Shown here: piece after piece, positions 58,917-64,000 of the stretch | Position numbering within the stretch: position 1 is the stretch's first letter | Layout of the letters: each line of letters opens with the position of its first letter | Assembly: GCA_042408215.1 (NCBI GenBank) | Contig: JAYFMW010000001.1 | Span: 1-64,000, forward strand | Source of the DNA: Microcoleus sp. | GTDB taxonomy: Bacteria > Cyanobacteriota > Cyanobacteriia > Cyanobacteriales > Microcoleaceae | Length of the DNA stretch: 64,000 nt | Direction of reading: 5' to 3' | Made by a program: the position numbers and the translations under genes | Notes under the pieces: model-generated | What the model was told of the DNA's origin: nothing | Seen by the model: only the letters and a program-made list of their open reading frames with translations | Databases searched by the model: none

Positions 58917-60596
58917 TTAAGAACGCGGCGTTTTATCTTGTTTAAATGCCGCTAACCATTCGCGAATTTGCTCGGACGCAATGTCGCGCCCGCCCAAACC
59001 AAAAGCTAGAGCAATCCCCACCGCGATCGCCCCCAGCAGCAGCCCGAAAGCCAAATTCACAATATCGCTACCAATGCCCATCTGTTGCAGCGCCAAGGCC
59101 GAAACAAAGGCAATAATCGCGATCCGAGCCGTTTGACCCAACAACCGCGCTTGGCGAGTTCCAGAACTGGCAATCAAATTAAACGCCAGATTCGCCAAAT
59201 ACAGGCCGATCGCAAATACGATCAAACCAGACAAAACCTGACCTGCAACCAGCACAATACCGCTGACAATCGCCGTCAGCGCCGGAATCCGCAGCACGTC
59301 GGTAGCAGCCACCACCGCAAACAGGATAATACCCACCTGCACCACAATCCCCACAAACTCAGAAGGCGTGCGGGCAGGAACTTCTGGTTCCGACTGGAGT
59401 ACCGTTGCATCGGGATCTAGCTCGTTCTGCGCGATCGACAGCGGCTGCTTCGGCGACACTCCCAACCAAGAAAAGACATTATTAAAGCCCATTCCGGTCA
59501 GGATATGAGTCACCAAATCGCCTACCCAGCGCCCCAAAATGTAAGCAACCGCCAGAATCAGCGCTGCTGTAAAAATTTTGGGAACCGCGCCCAAAATGTC
59601 GTTGAGCATCGCGATTGCTGGCTGCGAAATCGCCTGGATGTCCAAAGCGTTGAGAGCTGCGATCGCCGTTGGAATCAAAATCAAAACATAGACGATCGTC
59701 CCGACAATCCACGACAGCGATTGACCGCCCGCAGTCCGCGAAATTCCGAACCGAGCGCCCAAACTGTCCGCCCCAGCCGCCGTCAGCAGATTCGTGACAA
59801 TCCGCCGCACCACTTGAGCCAGCAGCCAGCCCACAAACCCAATCAGCACCGCTTCCAAAATCTTGGGAATAGCAGCCAGAATTTGGTTGAGCAAATTATT
59901 CACCGGCAGCAGAGCCTGAGACAATTGCAGGGAGTCGAGAATCAGCGGCAAAAACAGCAGAAAAATGAACCAGTACAGCGCATTCGCCAGAGTATCGCTC
60001 AGCAGCAAAGGACTCTCGCTGGGCCCAGTACCCACCTGCTGATTCAACCGCTCGTCCACGCTAAAAGTCCCCATCGTCCGCGATACGGCCAATTTGGCGA
60101 CTGTTGCTAACACCCAAGCAATCCCCAACCAAATTAGCGCGCCGCCTAACTTCGGCAAGAAACCGGTAATTTGATTGAGAAAAGTATTGAGCGGTTGCGA
60201 GACAGCCGTTAGATTTAGCTGGTTGAAAAAGGCAACTATGAAAAAGATAAAAATGATCCAGAACACGACTGCGGAAATCCACTTTTCCACTGGCGGTGCT
60301 CCAGCTCCTTCCGGGCGGCCGGTAATCCAAGCAGCCAGCCGATTGTCGATCGTAGTCTTCTTGAGCAGTCCCCCGACTAAAGATGAGACAAGGGCTGACA
60401 CTATCAATCCAATTAGCAGAATAACTATGGCCAAGATCAGATTTCCAATGTTTGATCCCGGAAATAGATTGTTAATTCCGCGTTCGGCTGCTGTCAGCGG
60501 ATTCGCGGCGGGCTGCCCCTGTGCCAAAATTCGATCGGACACAACCGCTATTCGGGCCCAGGTCGGTTGAGTTATTTCTTGCCAAGTTTCATTCAT
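58917..60596 (-). CDS. TM_helix-repeat membrane protein (CmpX/MscS-associated)
   Basis: Repeated PK(I/L)..A.I TM modules; ALAFGLGGR. Confidence 0.85.
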   Translation of the reverse strand: MNETWQEITQPTWARIAVVSDRILAQGQPAANPLTAAERGINNLFPGSNIGNLILAIVILLIGLIVSALVSSLVGGLLKKTTIDNRLAAWITGRPEGAGAPPVEKWISAVVFWIIFIFFIVAFFNQLNLTAVSQPLNTFLNQITGFLPKLGGALIWLGIAWVLATVAKLAVSRTMGTFSVDERLNQQVGTGPSESPLLLSDTLANALYWFIFLLFLPLILDSLQLSQALLPVNNLLNQILAAIPKILEAVLIGFVGWLLAQVVRRIVTNLLTAAGADSLGARFGISRTAGGQSLSWIVGTIVYVLILIPTAIAALNALDIQAISQPAIAMLNDILGAVPKIFTAALILAVAYILGRWVGDLVTHILTGMGFNNVFSWLGVSPKQPLSIAQNELDPDATVLQSEPEVPARTPSEFVGIVVQVGIILFAVVAATDVLRIPALTAIVSGIVLVAGQVLSGLIVFAIGLYLANLAFNLIASSGTRQARLLGQTARIAIIAFVSALALQQMGIGSDIVNLAFGLLLGAIAVGIALAFGLGGRDIASEQIREWLAAFKQDKTPRS

Positions 60597-60661
60597 TGTT
60601 TTCTCAGGTTAACGTCAGATTTGACAGGGAAAATAAGAAACTGTAAGAATAGTTACAGGTT

Positions 60662-61900
60662 TTATAGGCAAATATTACACTTGCCTGGAGCCACCGTTTT
60701 GTAAGGTGTTACCCTTACCGGACGTACTACTACGCCCTGTATTCCCTCAGCAAAAGCGTTGGGAAATGCTTTTTTGATAATATTAGCACTGCCATTCACA
60801 TCCGCATTGATCAGCCTGCCATCACCAGCACGAAACAAACCTCGCTTAATTCGCTTACCTTTATACTCTGAATGCTTGACACAGGGTTCATTATCCAAAA
60901 AAGAACACTTTGAAGTGTAACTTTCTTCAATAACATTCACAGCAATTCCTGCTAAATGCGCTTTGTAAGTTAGCATTTCAATAAACCTTTCATGAGGTAT
61001 GGCTACGAAATTCTGATTATTCCGCTGGCCGAGATTTATGCCCTGTTTCCAGTTATCGTTTTTACCAATCACCAGTGTCCCGATTCGGTTAGCTGCCAGA
61101 TGATTGACGATAAATCTACTTGCATTATGCAGGTAATTATCTACTTTTACATTACGCTTATGAGTTAATTGTTCAATTTTGATTGATACCTTTATCTCCT
61201 CCTTCAAGTATGACTGCAATACTGCTTTCTTTTTGTGATAGTAGGCATTGATTGATTTGAGCGGTTTGCCATTTACTATCAGCGGGACAAACCCTTTTTG
61301 ATTAGATGTAATTGTCGCTAAGTTATTGAGGCCAATATCAATCCCTGCTATCCCTTCAACGCCTGATGCTGATTGAGTTACATCCTTCGGTTCGTAAACC
61401 ACCTCTATGGAGTAATGGTAAGTTTTTGGAACGATTCTGACTTGATTTACTTTGCCGACTTTAGTCGTCAGAAATATGTCAGTCAAAGACAGATTGATTA
61501 TCCCTTTTTTGAGCCATTTTTTACTGATGGCTTGAGCCGTGTAAGTCACGACATTTCTGCCTAATGTTTTGTGTTTGTATCTGGGTATTTTGGGTCTGGC
61601 TTTGAATTTATCTGGATGTAGGTTATATTCCTTGGTAGCTGCAAAAAAAGATTGCCAGCTTTCATGTAATCTCAATAATACTTGCTGAGATACTTTGGCT
61701 GGTAATCCTAGATAGTCAGTCGTTCCCTGACAGAGTTTCTGTATTTTGTAATAATCGAGGTATTCTCCTGAGCTGATGAATTTTTGTCGGATCTGGTAGT
61801 TAGCGTAGTTAAAAAGATTCTTAGAAAGAAAGCACAAATTATCTAGCTGCTTGTATAGCCAGTGGTTTCGATCGATCGTGTGCTTGGAAACTAGCTGCAT
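60662..61900 (-). CDS. tnpB: Solo TnpB (IS200/IS605 family)
   Basis: AGIDIGLNN, VIGKN..WKQ, EESYTSK, NADVNGSANI. Confidence 0.92.
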   Translation of the reverse strand: MQLVSKHTIDRNHWLYKQLDNLCFLSKNLFNYANYQIRQKFISSGEYLDYYKIQKLCQGTTDYLGLPAKVSQQVLLRLHESWQSFFAATKEYNLHPDKFKARPKIPRYKHKTLGRNVVTYTAQAISKKWLKKGIINLSLTDIFLTTKVGKVNQVRIVPKTYHYSIEVVYEPKDVTQSASGVEGIAGIDIGLNNLATITSNQKGFVPLIVNGKPLKSINAYYHKKKAVLQSYLKEEIKVSIKIEQLTHKRNVKVDNYLHNASRFIVNHLAANRIGTLVIGKNDNWKQGINLGQRNNQNFVAIPHERFIEMLTYKAHLAGIAVNVIEESYTSKCSFLDNEPCVKHSEYKGKRIKRGLFRAGDGRLINADVNGSANIIKKAFPNAFAEGIQGVVVRPVRVTPYKTVAPGKCNICL

Positions 61901-61989
61901 TGTTTTGCGGTCTTTTTTGACTATACTATACTATAAATGGCTATAAAGTTAATGAAGTTTTACAATACGCTTCTAGCTTGCAGGTTTCC

Positions 61990-62433
61990 ATGTCAATTCG
62001 TCAAGTTTTCGAGCAATCAATTGAAATTCGCGCTGCTGCTACCTTGGTGGAGCGCTGTATCGCCGATCGCACTTTAATGCACAAATGGCTCAATCCAGTG
62101 CTCCGCTGCGAGCCTGTCGGCGAATGGGATACTGCTATCGGAAGTCGCAGCCTATTTATCATACAAATTCCGCTTTGGCAACCCACTTTAGAGAGTATTG
62201 TGTTAGAGCGAGAACCTGGTTTAATTGTTTGGGGGTTTGACGGATTTTTCAAAGGGTGCGATCGCTGGGAATGTCAGCCGCAAATCCAAGGAACACTTTT
62301 GATTAACCGCTTTGAATTTGAGATTCCCAATCCTTTAATTCGATATGGTTTCAATCGCTTTGCAGCCCCTTGGACGCAGAAAGATATGAAAGACCAACTT
62401 CGCCGCCTTAAACGAGTAGCAGAGCAATTATAA
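61990..62433 (+). CDS. SRPBCC/polyketide cyclase-like protein
   Basis: FEQSIEI.A, WLNP.L, GFF.G.DRW. Confidence 0.8.
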   Translation: MSIRQVFEQSIEIRAAATLVERCIADRTLMHKWLNPVLRCEPVGEWDTAIGSRSLFIIQIPLWQPTLESIVLEREPGLIVWGFDGFFKGCDRWECQPQIQGTLLINRFEFEIPNPLIRYGFNRFAAPWTQKDMKDQLRRLKRVAEQL

Positions 62434-62438
62434 CCGAA

Positions 62439-62558
62439 GTCATTAGTCATTAGTCATTAGTCATTAGTCAACAGTTAACTGTTAACTGTTGACTAATGAC
62501 TGTCATTAGTCAACAGTTAACAGTTAACTGTCAACAATGCCCAATGCCCAATGCCCAA
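62439..62558. repeat. Mixed STRR array
   Basis: GTCATTA, GTTAACT and AATGCCC units. Confidence 0.85.
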
Positions 62559-63245
62559 TTACTTCATATTCCCCGATGAATTCGGCTGACAAATCATTTG
62601 TCTCGCCGAATTAACTGCTTGACCAGCCGTACTTTGCAAAGCCGGGGAATTCTGATACATAGCCTGCAAATCTTGCACATCTTTGAACACCCGCTGGTAG
62701 ACAGCCATAGCTTGATTCCCGTCAACTTCTAAAGCCTTCGGGCTGTAATTTTGCATCACTTCCATCAGCGACATTTTGCCATCTTTAGAAGCTGCTACCA
62801 AAGCATCCCGCAGTGCTGGTGCGCTTTCAGCGCGAGTTGCGGGACTATAAGCAACCTCCCCCAATTGTTTGAAAACAATTTCCCCAAAGTAAGTATTTGC
62901 CAGCCTTGCTACTAATTGAGAATCTAGAGGCACTTCTCGCGTTAAGATATCGCGCACTAATTCAGGAGTTTGTTTGGCCAGACTCAGAACACTTTGCAGT
63001 TGAGGTGATGGTTTGCCAGTTTGTGCCAAGCTTTGGAAGTCGCTCATCGGTAAAGTTACGTCAACAGCGCCGTATTTCACGGTGACTTGTTCTAATGCAA
63101 AAGCCTTGCCGCTGCTCAGCAACACTGTACTTGTTCCCAACAAAAGTGCCAAACCTAATGATAAAGACTTGGACATTTTCTTGGTTAAATGAGCTGACTG
63201 CCGGCCCATTCCATCGAGAGCACCTGATTGAAACTGAAAGTTCAT
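62559..63245 (-). CDS. DUF1400 domain secreted protein
   Basis: ALEQVTVKYG, ALRDALV.A..DG.MSLMEV.QNY. Confidence 0.8.
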   Translation of the reverse strand: MNFQFQSGALDGMGRQSAHLTKKMSKSLSLGLALLLGTSTVLLSSGKAFALEQVTVKYGAVDVTLPMSDFQSLAQTGKPSPQLQSVLSLAKQTPELVRDILTREVPLDSQLVARLANTYFGEIVFKQLGEVAYSPATRAESAPALRDALVAASKDGKMSLMEVMQNYSPKALEVDGNQAMAVYQRVFKDVQDLQAMYQNSPALQSTAGQAVNSARQMICQPNSSGNMK

Positions 63246-63465
63246 GGGTTTCTGCCTTTTTACGTCAAAATACTTTTTTGAGCGATCGTCTCTGTGCGTG
63301 TCAGTCTGGAAAATTGGCTTTCTAGTTCCCTAAATGACCAATTATTCTACTGTTATGTCAAGCCACTTTAACCTATCAAAATATCGGTGTCAATTGCCAA
63401 TTTATATGTTAAGTTTTTTGACGGGGATTTTTTCGACTTGACCTTAGTTCAATGCCGAAGGAAAG

Positions 63466-64000
63466 TCAGTCGATCGCATCGAGCCGATCGAGCAATTGAC
63501 GAATTCTAGCAGCATCAGGAGCATGAGGAGCATTTCTCAGATATATTGCTAAATCACTGCGCGCTTCCGTCAAGCGGCCAAGTTGATAGTAGAGAATTCC
63601 GCGATCGCGCCTTTCCCCCAGTGCATCTGGAAATAGCAACAAAATCCGTTCCACCGCCCCCAAAACCCCGATCGCATCTCGTTGGCTCAGATAAATCGCC
63701 TTCAGATTTCCCAGCATTCGCCCCAACAATTGCCTGGGACTTACCGGCGCGAGAAATGCCGGCTGCAACTCCACAGATTGACCGTAAATTTGGGAAATTC
63801 TCGCTTGACAATCTTCAGGAAATAAGATATCGCCGCTGTTGAACACATCAACAAAAATGCCAGCATCTTCAAAATCTGGCTTAATTAAAAAATGTCCAGG
63901 CATCCCAATTCCCACCATCGGAAAATCAATCCGTTTAGCAACTTCCAAATAAACCAGAGACAAAGAGATCGGAATACCAGTACGCCGATCGATCACTTGA
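63466..64000 (-). CDS. SirB1/transglutaminase-like TPR protein, 5'-truncated by the window edge
   Basis: RRTGIPISL, GMPGHF, RML.NLK, RRDRG. Confidence 0.88.
   Translation of the reverse strand, partial: QVIDRRTGIPISLSLVYLEVAKRIDFPMVGIGMPGHFLIKPDFEDAGIFVDVFNSGDILFPEDCQARISQIYGQSVELQPAFLAPVSPRQLLGRMLGNLKAIYLSQRDAIGVLGAVERILLLFPDALGERRDRGILYYQLGRLTEARSDLAIYLRNAPHAPDAARIRQLLDRLDAID

Noticed and set aside
1..64000. Frequent GCGATCGC/CGATCG sites
   Set aside because: HIP1, a well-known genome-wide cyanobacterial feature

Overview
64-kb chromosomal window from a filamentous cyanobacterium. Abundant HIP1 (GCGATCGC/CGATCG), heptamer STRR arrays and psbN-psbH-tatA-pth suggest Oscillatoriales/Microcoleus-like, which is an inference. 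Core genes include glgA (partial), sixA, gltA, argZ, argG, aroC, psbN, psbH, tatA, pth, dedA and a SirB1-like gene. They are interspersed with signalling genes: a DXCF-type cyanobacteriochrome diguanylate cyclase, a hybrid histidine kinase, and a pair of AAA_35/STAND NTPases (HTH-TIR-AAA and AAA-WD40) split by a repeat-bounded macrodomain cassette. Also present are a DUF433/PIN toxin-antitoxin pair, two Uma2 genes, and an HTH regulator with a phased 11-bp repeat array divergent from three exported proteins. There are four TnpB loci: an intact IS605, an IS607 with a pro-Fanzor-like TnpB whose frame overlaps almost all of tnpA, a frameshifted tnpB and a solo tnpB. Intergenic DNA is full of modular, nested MITEs and palindromes; some are tandemly amplified (71-bp and 80-bp arrays) and one has disrupted a DHH phosphoesterase gene. 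No CRISPR array, rRNA or tRNA was seen. All family assignments come from motif recognition, not database searches.
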